Source: Phoronis australis (lineage: Eukaryota > Animalia > Phoronida). From it: a stretch of 64,000 nucleotides of DNA. Shown one piece after another: positions 11,702-23,309 of the stretch; the stretch's first letter is position 1; each line of letters begins with the position of its first letter. A program made the position numbers and the translations under genes. Below the pieces are notes generated by a model. That model was not told the origin of the DNA, made no database searches, and was given only the letters and a program-made list of their open reading frames with translations. The stretch is from NCBI GenBank assembly GCA_002633005.1, contig NMRA01000331.1:342267-406266 (forward strand). The letters are read 5' to 3'.

Positions 11702-14700
11702 CTCTTGAGTTCCGAATAACCGATCTGTAAGTTCATTTATTTCAGACTCGTTTTCCAGTCTATACGACGCTTATTCGGGTCTCTACGTTTGTTAATTTTC
11801 TAACTTTTTTCCATGTTCCACGATTATTAGGTTCAGCAAGTTCACAATTTCTATTTCATTAAATACCAATTTGGTACACAAAACTAAACACCGAGTATCG
11901 TACCTTGGTCCCAAGAAGAAGTGAATTCGCTGTAAACTTCTGGACCAAGAGACAATCAGTTCAAAGTTTGTAATTTAGAAGAGCTATGTACGACTCCATG
12001 TTACGGAAGTCACATTAAAAGATTTTATTCGCTAAAATATACTACTGTTCGTTTCAAAGCGTAAAATAATCGGACTCCCAAGCAAGGGTTTATGCAGCGG
12101 CCGTCTGTTGGACAGCCAGAATGTTACTATTTTGGACGGGTTCGACGGGATCCATAAGATTTTGTTGGAAAAATTTAAAAAAGCTTGAAATGATGACCTC
12201 TTTCTCAATATTAACGGCTTGTCGCCAGTCGTTCAAAGAAATAGGCCATCAGTAATTTCAGAAATGAAAAATTTAGTCCACAAAAAGAGCTTTCTTAGAG
12301 CATTTTTCAATATTGCGTGCCCCGTGACACAGATCGGTGTTGCCGGCAGCTCAACATACATATGAATCAAAACGCTTTCGACGAGTTTCTTTGGCTGATC
12401 CAATATTTATTTATGATTGCACCCTGTGAAAAACTGGCAAGCCGATACAACTCTTCACTGTGTCTGTTCCCGACGTTTGCGTTTGCGGGGGGAGTAATTC
12501 CGAGATTTTGCACAGCCAGTGTCATCTGAGGTTTCCACCATGATTGACATGCGCATTCTGCACACTTACTCATGTCGTCTGCCGCGCAAAAGCCTAAAGA
12601 ATTCGAGGATTATTTTACAAACCAAGAGATGTTCCAGACAGACATCGATTCAGATGCTGGTACGACAAATAATCCAGATACAGACATGGACTGTCGTGAT
12701 AACGCGGCCAGTCAACAAAGTGCAAGTACCCGTGCAATTAATGAACGGTGCAGAGCCTTTCAATCAACAAAGTACAGACAAGTTGCCGACAACAATCATC
12801 AGGCATTAGCATTTTTTACAATTCGCTCCAACTTGAGAATAGATTGTTTTTATGAACAGGAAGAATGGATTTATGACAATCTTGAAAATGACATAGTTGC
12901 CGACGTTCGACAATCCAGTCGATATCTTTACTGAAATTGATTTCTACTTGCTCTCCCGTCCAAATGAATGGAAACGCACGTGAATCGGTTTGTTTACCAT
13001 ACCTTAAATTAGATATTCAAGATGGTGGACGTAGTCGTGGTCGTGGACTTGTATGTTGGGCAATTCTGCAAGAAATCTCAATTTCTGGCCCTGTAAAATT
13101 TTAGATATGTCGACTTCTTGACGTCGAATTCTGACAAACATTACAAGGGTATTAACTATGAACGTTGTGCAAGACATGAGATTGAGAGAAATCAAAGGCT
13201 TGACTGTCAGGAACATGTATGATAAAAATGCGACTCATTTTACCAAGACACTTTATTGTCTTTATTCTGACTGTTGCCTTCATGGAAGACTGGACGTTGC
13301 TGCTGAAATCTTTACCTCCGTGTTATAGTTTTTGGACTTAGTCGACATTGGCATCTTGGCATTTTTTGAGTAAAATGATTCCACATACTGTCTGAAACAC
13401 GTCTGTATAGACTTCCATTTAAAGTTATTGAATAAACAAATGGTCTTTGTTTTAGCAATGACACTTTTATTCCACTTCACTGTACTATTTTATTGCGTAG
13501 GTGTATACACCACTGTAATAATTTAACTATCAGACACTATTTGCTTCTTTGCACTATTACTCCCATCTATATCATTATTAGATTTTGCACTTCCTATTAT
13601 TTCGTCTACAGTCACTAGATTTTACGAAATGTAGAATATAAATAGGTAAATAAAACAACAAGAATGGATCAACTGAAATTTTTGCATGTAATAACATCCT
13701 TTGTCAACAGAAACAGAAATAAAGTAAAATCAAACACTATATGACAATTGACATTTCAGATATGGTGTAATGAATGATACATTTTTGCGTAAAAAATTCA
13801 GTGATACAATTTAAGAAGTTTTTATGTTCCATCCATGAGGTTCTAGTGTATTGAGCTAGTCTATCCAATATTGTTCTGTTTTATTTGTACAGAAAGATCT
13901 TGAATATTATGGTTTTCGGAATTGAAATGATTACCTATAGTATCAGAAATGTTTTTATGTATTATGTTAAATCCATGATTACGAAACCGAGTTTGTAGAT
14001 TATGTTGAGTTTGTCCTACGTATTGGATAGAACATTTTTTACAAGGTATAAGGTAAATAATATTGTTGGTGAAGCAATCAGAATATTATTTTATTTCAAA
14101 GTTTTCATTGGTTTGGGAAGATTGGAAAAAAGTGCTATTGTTGATAAAGTTACACATTTTACACCTAGTTTTGTTACATTGTGTGTTGACAATAGGTTTT
14201 TCAGTTTGGTTTATATTATCGATATTAGCTTTAACTACCCGGTAAATAATTTTTTAGATTTTTACATTTTCTCCAACAAAATATAGGTGGACGAGGAAAT
14301 AGGTTTTTCATTTGAGGGGAAATATGCAGCGTGGAAAGATGTTTTCTGAAGATGTGGCTAATTCCGTTTAAACATGGATTGAACATAGTTAGGTATTCTA
14401 TTAGTAGTATTGCCTTTAGTTTTAGTTCTTAAAGATTCATTTCGTGTGATTGAACGGACTTTGTCAAACTGTTTCTGTATAAGATGTAAGGGGAAATGAC
14501 GTTGAACTAGATAGTATTTGAGTTCTTTTAAACGGTTATTAAAGGAAGTTTCTTGTGAACAAATGCATCAAATTCTTAGGTTAAGGCTATATGCATCAAA
14601 TTCTTAGGGCAAGGCTATATGGAAGGCTTTTCTTGCAATGAAAGGGATGACACGAGTGATATGACAGATATTGGTGTTTGTCAGCTTCTTTACAGAATAA

Positions 14701-15900
14701 GTCAGTTTCTAGCTTATCATTAATAAGAATAACAGTTACATCTAAAAATAGACTTTGTTTTGAGAAATATCATGAGTGTGCTTTATAGCAGGGTGAAATT
14801 TGTTAATATTTTCTAAAAATACATCTAATTTTTGTGGGCCATGGGTCCAGATCATAAAAATGTCACCAATGTATCTTAGCCAGAGAAGAGGTTTTTCAGA
14901 GCAAGATTTGATGAAGCTGATTTCAAGATTTCCCATAAAAAGGTTGGCAAAAGTAGGAGCAACCCTAGTGCCCATAGCTGTGCCTAATATTTTGAGATAG
15001 TGATTATTATTAAAGGTAAAATGATTCATGGTAAGCACATGTTCAAGAAGAGAGCGAATAAAAGATGTAGGTACATTAGGATATTTCGTTGACTAAGAAA
15101 CTTGGTACAGGCTTCTATGCCTTCATGTTGAGGAATATTAGTGTATAAGCTTTTAACATCAAGAGTTACGAGAAGGGCATTTTTAACTATATTAAGAAAA
15201 TGATTCGTATCTTTAACATATGAAGGAAGGGTGGGGACAAATTGCTGAAGATAGTAGTCATCAAACTGAGGAATTTTTTCTGTAGGGCAGTTGTTGCTGG
15301 CTATAATTGGGCATCCAGGATTACCTTCTTTGTGGATTTTAGGAATGAGGTAGTTTTTGGTGTCTTTGTCAATGTGACCTAAATGGAAAGCATTCAAAAT
15401 AGTTTTAGTTATAAGGCTGATATGTTTTGTGTTGGGGTTATTATCTAAAAGTTTGTAGTATGCTGTGTCATTAAGTTGTCGGAGAGCCTCGTCAATATAT
15501 TTCTGCTTGTCCATTATAACAACTGCTGACCCTTTATCAGCTGGTTTAATTATGATTTCTTTCTTTTTAGCAAGATCTGTGAGGGCACCTTTTTCGGACT
15601 TAGTAATATTTGTAGTTTTGCTTTTTGTAATTAATAACGTCATTAGTAATAGCAAATTTGTTATCAATGTTACTATTCCAGTCTATACTATTTTTAATTT
15701 TCCACAAAGTTCCTGTCTATACCATTATTCCATTCAATACTATTATTAATTTTTTCGCCAATTTCCAGTCTATACTATTATTTTACTTTTCTAGTGTTTG
15801 GTTCTATACTATTATTGGAGTCTCTACTATTATTAGAAATCGTGAAATTTTTCGGTCTATACTATTATTGCTGTCTCAACAACTATTCGGAACTCGAAAG
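11702..15900. mobile_element. TA-inserting DNA transposon (Tc1/mariner-type TSD), no recognisable transposase, hosting a PLE
   Basis: TA TSD at 11700-11701 and 15901-15902. Imperfect TIRs CTCTTGAGTTCCGAATA / TATTCGGAACTCGAAAG. Subterminal (CCAG)TCTATACTATTA repeats at 15679-15870, with related motifs at 11756-11790. Confidence 0.75.
13812..15630 (-). mobile_element. Penelope-like retroelement (RT + GIY-YIG), 5'-truncated and degenerate
   Basis: IIIKPADKGSAVV, LVTLDVKSLYTNIP, GTAMGTRVAPTFANLFM, WLRYIGDIF; GIY-YIG NIIYLIPCKKCSIQYVGQT (about 14005-14068); C-terminal EQYWID*LNTLEPHGWN (about 13825-13876). Confidence 0.92.
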
Positions 15901-16609
15901 TAGGCGCAAAAAACACCACTAGGAGGCACCACAATAGGGGAAGTCGTCGGAAAATCATGGTCAACTGTCCTCTTCACACTAACATCATCATATGCCAATT
16001 TTCACAAACATCCTTAGATTGGTTTGGTTGATAGAGGAGCGGATGCCAAGAACAGACCAGAAAACAGCAACTAGAAAACAGTAAAAATGGCCACTAAATG
16101 GCGCAAAATACGTCGAATCCATCCGAAAATGGGAACATGCCATTGATTCTTTAATAAAAAGCTATCTGCCAAGTTTCGTGTGGTTAGCTTCATATACCCT
16201 AAAGTGGGTTTAGGAGATACGGCTTAGTGCCAAAACAAAACTACCAGTAGGAGATGCCACATTAGTCAAAGTTGTCATCGTCAACCATCCTCTTCACACT
16301 GAAAACATACTCCAATTTTCAAAATCATCCTTAAAATGGTTTGGTTGATGACGTGGTTGAAGCCATGAGAAAACGCTTTGGTGTTTCTTCTGGAGTGCCG
16401 CGGGTGGATCCATTACAATTCCAATCTGTGTCACAAAAGCATGCCAAGTCCCTTCACCAGTGGGCTGACAGGCTCTATCATTTCTATTTGTTGACAAGCC
16501 TTCATCCTTCTGACAATAACCGGCAATTTTCTATACTCAGGTTTTGCCTTGGGTTACCAGTAACTGACCAGCTAAAAGCTCACCATGGAGTAGTTGAATT
16601 AGTTGATTT

Positions 16610-17170
16610 TAGTTGAATCCAACTAATCCCCAGATATCTTAACCTATCTAGCCCTGAGCTATTCAACTAATTCTGCTAACTGTAGCACCATCTGAAGTAT
16701 TACTGGCATTGTGAAAATGAGACCGTAGAGTCACTGACTTGCCTTCAGGTGGCGCAGCAATTAGTGGGTAGTTGAAATGTGTATTTGGTGTCTCTCAAGT
16801 TGAGAGCCTTTTGTCTGTAAGCAGGTGGCACAGTGATTAGTAGGAATAGTTGAATTAGTTGAAATGCAGGTTTGGTGTCCCTAAAATTGTGAGCTTGTTG
16901 ATGATGTCATGTAAATCATCTACCAGCCCACAGATGGTGTATCGATTAGTTAGAATAGTTGAACTAGTTGAAATGCTTGTTCTGTGTCTCAAATTGTGAG
17001 CCTGGTGAACCTTGTGTTGGCGTCATGTATGTTATCTGTCTGCCTGCAGGTGGCGCAGCGATTGGTTGGAATAGTTGACTTTGTTGAAATGCGTGTTCTG
17101 TGTCTCTCAAGTTGTGAGCCTGTTGCAGACGTCTTTATCCATGTGGCGCAGAGGTAGCTATAAATATTTG
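16610..17170. repeat. Imperfect minisatellite, units of about 75-115 bp
   Basis: Recurrent CAGGTGGCGCAGCGATTAGT...AGTTGAAATG...TTGTGAGCCT near 16746, 16822, 16932, 17047 and 17143, with an inverted copy at about 16615-16700. Confidence 0.7.
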
Positions 17171-17819
17171 AATTTGCTTGGAACTAAACGCTGACATTTT
17201 GAAGATCATTTACGTGTGCATGAAGTCACCACTTCATCTTTCTTTGCAGTAACATGCTTTAGCGCCTTCTATTGCCAGTATGTATAAGAGTAAGAGAAAA
17301 ACTAGCATAGGGGCACTGTAATTAGTTGAACTAGGGGAGAGTGGGGTAAAACAGCCCACTGAGTAAGACGGCCACTTCCTCAGTTTTCTAGCTTAACAAG
17401 GCTGACGCCAGGTGGCTACTACACTGTTTTATTGCTCGACTGATAGGGGTCGTAACCACATATTGACGCGAATCTAGCAGAACTGCAGATGTTGTCGCAA
17501 GAAATATTTGATGCCCATCGAAGTTAGGTGAATACCTCCCTTTCGTAACATATTTCGAAAATGTAATGTACGAAATAAACTTGATTGTGTAATTAAGCTT
17601 AACAGTAATGCCTTATGAATGAGAAAATGACAACAAAATTTAAATGACCTTAACTAGTTTTCTCAAAGCATTCTTGATTGTGGTGACATCATTAACGGGT
17701 AAGACGGACACCTGGGTAGTGGGATAAGACGGACAGGGGGACCGTTTCACCCCTTACATATTTAATAGACAGCAGAAATAATTTTTAATGTTTTTTTGTA
17801 GATAATGCCACGGAAATAT

Positions 17820-19805
17820 ACAAGAGCAACGTGGAGCGTTGAAATGCGCCCACAACTGCACCGCATACGGTATCCTTCTAGGGTTGTTTATAGGTACCAT
17901 AAAGTGGCCAGTAGAGGGCATACTTTGCAAAATGGAAAGGCATGGTCATTGTCTCCTCAATAGGCTAGGGCCAAAATGTGAGTAATCTTCATAATACAAG
18001 CACATCCTATACACCAGTTGCTTAAAGCACCACAGAAACATAGAATTAAAAACAAATTTACCAACATACGAGATTAGCACAGCATTAGAATGCCAGAAAC
18101 AAATTTCTACTTGGAACTTTTCCTTCACAGTCACGAAGTAACACAAAGTATACACCTGAAGACCTATGAAAATACAGAGGTCAATGTAAAATACTAAAAT
18201 TGCCACTAGAGGCAAATACTAAAATTGCCACTAGAGGCATACCGGTAATCAGAATCATCCTAAAGTCGTCATCGTCCGTTGTCAACATCACATAAATACA
18301 CTTGCTAAATTTAGTAAAGATCCTGCAAACGGTTTGGGAGATACAGCCATGGGCGCAAAAAAACAAAACTGCCACTAGGAGGCGCCACAGTAGTCCAAAT
18401 CGTCTGAAAATCATTGTCAGCTGTCTTCCTTATAGTAAGCACATACACGCCAATTTTCACAATCATCCTTTGAGCGGTTTGGTTGATAGAGGGGTGGACG
18501 CAAAAATACAGACTCGAAAACAGTAAAAATGGCCACTAGGTGGCGCAAACTACGTCGAATCCATCTGAAAACAGTAGGATAGCGTCATCTCACTAATAGG
18601 TGCCTACATACCAAATTTCATGAAAATCCGTTCAATACTTTTGAAGATACAAAGGTAAGCGTAAAAAACTAAAATTGCCACTAGGGGGCACACCGGTAGT
18701 CGGATCCGACCAAAAGTCGTCATCTTCCGTTGTTAACATCATATAAATATACTTACACAATTTGTAAAGATCCTGCGAACGGTTTAGGAGATACAGCCAT
18801 AGGCGCAAAAAAACAAAACTGCCACTAGGAGGCGCCACAGTAGTCGAAATCGTCGGAAAATCATCGTCAACCATCCTCTACATAGTAAGCATATACATGC
18901 CAATTTTCACAATCATCCTTTGAGCGGTTTGGTTGATAGAGGGGTGGACGCACAAAAACAGACTCGAAAACACTAAAAATGGCCACTAGGTGGCGCAAAC
19001 TATGTCGAATCCATCTGAAAACGGGAGGATAGCGTCATCTCACTAATAGGTGCCTACATACCAAATTTCATGAAAATCCAATAAGGACTTGTGAAGATAC
19101 AAAGGTAAGCGTAAAAAAATTAAAATTGCCACTAGGGGGCACACCGGTAGTCGGATCCGTCCAAAAGTCGTCATCTTCCGTTGTTAACATCATATAAATA
19201 TACTTACACAATTTCGTAAAGATCCTGCAAACGGTTTAGGAGATACAGCCATAGGCGCAAAAAAAACAAAACTGCCACTAGGAGGCGCCACAGTAGTCGA
19301 AATCGTCGGAAAATCATCGTCAACCGTCCTCTACATAGTAAGCACATACATGCCAATTTTCACAATCATCCTTTGAGCGGTTTGGTTGATAGAGGGGTGG
19401 AAGCACAAAAACAGACTCGAAAACACTAAAAATGGCCACTAGGTGGCGCAAACTATGTCGAATCCATCTGAAAACGGCAGGATAGCGTCATCTCACTACT
19501 AGGTGCCTACATACCAAATTTCATGAAAATCCGTTCAGGACTTTTGAAGATACAAAGGTAAGCGTAAAAAACTAAAATTGCCACTAGGGGGCACACCGGT
19601 AGTCGGATCCGTCCGAAAGTTCGCACATGCTGTCCCATTCATAAATGGAACATATGTGCCAAATTTCATGAACGTATGTCAAAAGGTTTTGGAGATAGAG
19701 CAGCGGACGCCCGACGCCAGACGCCGGACGGACGCCGCCCGGACGGACGGACGGACAGAGATGACGGCATAATGCGTCCACATATAAATATGTGGGCGCA
19801 TAATA
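17820..19805 (-). mobile_element. Helentron-associated non-autonomous element (HINE/DINE-1-like) with an internal tandem array
   Basis: Subterminal IRs ATGCGCCCACA (17844) and TGTGGGCGCAT (19791); stem-loop CAACG-TGGAG-CGTTG near 17828; hairpin at 19772-19801; (GGAC)n microsatellite at 19704-19757; about 451-bp tandem units; no TSD, inserted in A-rich sequence. Confidence 0.8.
18222..19620. repeat. Tandem array of about 451-bp units (3 plus a partial), each built from three ~150-bp GCCACTAG monomers
   Basis: AAATTGCCACTAG at 18222, 18672, 19123 and 19575; GCCACTAG recurs every 145-160 bp. Confidence 0.92.
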
Positions 19806-21320
19806 AGAACGTCTAAGAAATGCATGGGAAAGGGAGGACATGGAGAAGGCAATAGCCGCGATGAGGAGAGAGATGGGCTGTAAAACTGCTACAAGGCAGT
19901 TTGGAGTACCGAGAACTACTCTGAAGCGTAGATTTAAATACCAGAATGGGACCATGACCAATGTGCCGGGGTAGATAGCGAAGATGAAGATTACGTTTGT
20001 GACCTCTGCCTCTAGCGACTGCTCGTGGTGGAAAATTTATTGTTAGTTGCTACATTAAATGTAAACTGCCAGTTTCGTCATGTTAAGTTTTTAAAAGCTA
20101 AGAATGCATATTGTAGAATGTATGATTTAAAAATAAAGAAGAAAAAGACTTTTGTTATGAAATTTCATTGTATAAATCGATGATTACATTTAATCTGTGT
20201 TCGTAGGTAATAGCAGGGTCATTTTATCCAATTGCAGTGACCGTCTTAACCGCAAGGTAGGGTAAAATGGCCCAGCACCCCTTAAAAAGTCAAATCTGTC
20301 TTGGGCCAAGACGGTGCAATTTTAATTCTACTAATTTTTTTTTTTGTAAACTACAAGGCAAGGTCTTCGAACATGATTAATTTATAGTAGACTCGGGAAT
20401 CCAATGGTCGTCCGCCCAAGCATAAAACCGGCTTGTTGTCGTACTCAACCAACTATTCCACTTCAAAGTTATGCTCTGCATAAAACTTGATTTGACTCTC
20501 ACAAATCCATAGTATTAGTTGATTCAAAAGTTTTCTTTTATTTATGCCGAGTTGTTTGAACTGTGCATTGCTTTTCGGCAGCCATTTTATAATGACTCCT
20601 ATGGTCGTCATATGCTGCCGCCTTTTGAAAGAACAGAAAACCACACAGAAAAAGGCCAAGAAAATAGTGGAAAGTCGTTTACAGCAATTCTACTACAACC
20701 ACAAACTGTTTTACTAGTATGATATCGATTTTTAAATCGATTAAAATTGATTTAGAATTTCAGTTCTGGAAAATAAATCACAATTGCTTTATTCCAGATA
20801 GACCTTACTTATTTTCTATTTGTCCTCTTTATTTGACTTTTTACTCTTGTTGTTCATAACACCACTTATCTCTGCTGTCTTTCCTTTTCTTTTCAGTTTT
20901 TCTTCATTCTCTGTTAACACCTTGTCAGCCAGAGCAGAACTGTAACCCTTTGAGACTTTGTCGGTGCAAGATGATCATTGAACCTCAATACAATTGTTCT
21001 AATAAATTACCCAATATCGTATTGTTTGATTTTTTTCTCATCTTTAACAGGCTTCTGCAATCATAAATAAATAAATAAATACCCAAGTTGTATTTGCATT
21101 TTATTGCTCAATCTCTTCTTTTATTTTTGATTATGTCATGCTATGTTGTATGTAACAATGCAATATAGTGAAATAAAGTCAATGTTTTACTTTATTGGTG
21201 GCCATTCTCTATCAATTCAAGTATTTTAATTTTCTTCAAATAAATTCAAAATGCTTTAACCAAAAATTTCAACATAAATGTTGAGCTCAGTACTTTGTTT
21301 TGCAATAAAAAACAAGTGGA

Positions 21321-21478
21321 NNNNNNNNNNNNNNNNNNNNNNNNNNNNNNNNNNNNNNNNNNNNNNNNNNNNNNNNNNNNNNNNNNNNNNNNNNNNNNNN
21401 NNNNNNNNNNNNNNNNNNNNNNNNNNNNNNNNNNNNNNNNNNNNNNNNNNNNNNNNNNNNNNNNNNNNNNNNNNNNNN
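21321..21478. other. Assembly gap
   Basis: Run of N. Confidence 1.
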
Positions 21479-21775
21479 AAAAAAAAATTGGTTCGACCAA
21501 CCAAGTTGTGCGACGTACCTAGTAAGCTACTAATGCCTTATTTGTCTATTGGAATGTTCAACCTGGACCACCTTTCCTATTCTTCAGTTCGTCGTAGTTC
21601 GAGGTATAAAAATGTACCGGAGTCGAGCACTTTCAGCAACTACCCTCTCTCTCGAAGCCACAATAACGACAATACGAATAACCTATCCTGAACCTTTTCC
21701 GGTTCGACCGAAAAATCTCGTTAAATCTCGTAAACCACTCGATTCGAGATCGCATTGCAGCGTCTGTGATTACAG

Positions 21776-21839
21776 CTCGCTGGTTCCCTGCGTGCTTAGC
21801 CCAACCGCCCCACCTAGCGGCACGCAGGGAACCAGCGAG
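21776..21839. mobile_element. 64-bp MITE with 20-bp perfect TIRs and a 9-bp TSD
   Basis: CTCGCTGGTTCCCTGCGTGC (21776-21795) and GCACGCAGGGAACCAGCGAG (21820-21839); TGATTACAG at 21767-21775 and 21840-21848. Confidence 0.88.
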
Positions 21840-22406
21840 TGATTACAGTTGCGGAACCTGTCGGATTGTGTTGACGGGTTCAGTGAGGTATATTGGCGAC
21901 CAGAAGTGCAAGTGTTTTTTTTAGGTAACGAATTTGTATGATTGAAAACTCTGTACCTTGTGAGCACCACACCGTGCGTTTTGAGATAACATATTTTAGG
22001 AACTATGATGGAATTCGTTCATGATAAGTGAGTGGGTCTGTGTCAGTGTGGACGTAGCGTCCCACTTTAAACCTGCAATCCATAACTTCTTCAATTTTCA
22101 ACGTAGAAACATGGTTTGAGTATCCACGCGAAGTTAGAGGTCTTTTGCCAGCTATAAGTCTATGTCACCAGCTGGCCTTTATCCAGAATTTCGAAAATAG
22201 GGTGTCCAAAATGGGGTTCCCAATATTCCTGAGCGTCCATAATTCCGACGCGTAATCTCCCACCCCCAGCAATCACCCCAAACACACAGATTTTTTTACA
22301 AAAAAATGCATAGACCAAGGTTTTTACATCTAAGTTTACAAAACAGCCTTCCATAGTGACCATTTTCAATAAAAAATGGTGTAGACCAAGACTTTTACAA
22401 TGCTAT

Positions 22407-23053
22407 TGTAACGGGGGCGGTATCTACGACCAAGGCGCCCCGATTTTACGAGCCCGATGCGGACTGAGGGTGATATTGAGAACTAAAAGTTGGTGAATAA
22501 TACATAGGTTTATTGTAAGAATATATAACTACAATATTCCACACTTACAAGCAATCCAGTTGTTCCATGACTTAGTATCGCAGCGTTGTGATTTATACAG
22601 TTCTGATACACGGGCAATCCAGTCGCTGATTAATAGTTGTGTGTGCAAGAACGGGGCAATTTGGTTATTCAGATCCGAAAGGTGAGATGCAATCAAGCTC
22701 GGGAGGAGCCCGAGAATTGCTGGGGCTTAACTATTGGCAACCAAGTTAGGGAGGAGCCCGAAAGCTGCACAAACAGTTGCAATTTGGTGTGAGTGAAGGT
22801 GTACATGTTTGCTTCTTGAACTCTGCGACTGGACTCCTCGTGTCTGACAGAGACGAAGCTTAAGTACACAGTTTCAACCAATCAGACACGATCTGAAGGG
22901 CAAGGCCCATAGCTCCTAGCTTCTGACCATATTTGGCCATGTCCAAAGGACTCAACATCATAGGAAAATTCCATACGTATTAATACACAGCTTGACCACT
23001 AAAGGGCGCATTTATCTTACTTACATAATCATGTCCAGGGCACTCCTGTTACA
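22407..23053 (-). mobile_element. Solo LTR (Gypsy-type, 4-bp TSD)
   Basis: TGTAAC...GTTACA termini; CTAT TSD at 22403-22406 and 23054-23057; AATAAA on the minus strand near 22510. Confidence 0.82.
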
Positions 23054-23309
23054 CTATCAACCAAGTGTGAGCATAGCAACATTGTATGTACTTTGTATAT
23101 ACATTGTATATTTCTTCCTGCTTTGAGAAAATAGCCCCACTGAGCCTTCAGAGGCTTCCTAGTAATCATTACAATGTGTGTGTCCAAACTTGAAAGGTTC
23201 CTATTGATAGTGGGCGTCCAAATGATACATTGGGGGTCCTTGCCAGAGTGTCCATATTAGTGCTAAGGCGTCCATTTGGACGCCCAAGACAAACGCTGCA
23301 TGAAGGCCT

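Larger units (their letters stand above)
11342..16375 (-). mobile_element. Degenerate Helentron-associated element (same family as 17820-19805), split by the insertion at 11702-15900
   Basis: Starts AAGAGCAACGGGGAGCGTTGAAATG like 17821 and carries GCCACTAG monomers. ...ATACAGCTA-TA|insert|TA-GGCGCAAAAA rejoins the family repeat sequence GATACAGCCATAGGCGCAAAA. Confidence 0.75.
17334..20450 (+). mobile_element. Internally deleted pogo-like DNA transposon (HTH-psq head + PHD tail), interrupted by the HINE
   Basis: Left end TA-GGGGAGAGTGGGGTAA with GTAAGACGG(A/C)C subterminal repeats. MPRKY (17805) continues after the HINE as NAWEREDMEKAIAAMRREMGCKTATRQFGVPRTTLKRR, then WDHDQCAGVDSEDEDYVCDLC*. 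The right TIR was not found. Confidence 0.65.

Noticed and set aside
18180-19620. Regularly spaced GCCACTAG motifs as a CRISPR-like array
   Set aside because: The intervening sequences are themselves repeated, there are no cas genes and the context is eukaryotic; it is a tandem array inside a HINE.
21246-21691. ORFs spanning the N run
   Set aside because: They are open only because of the gap.
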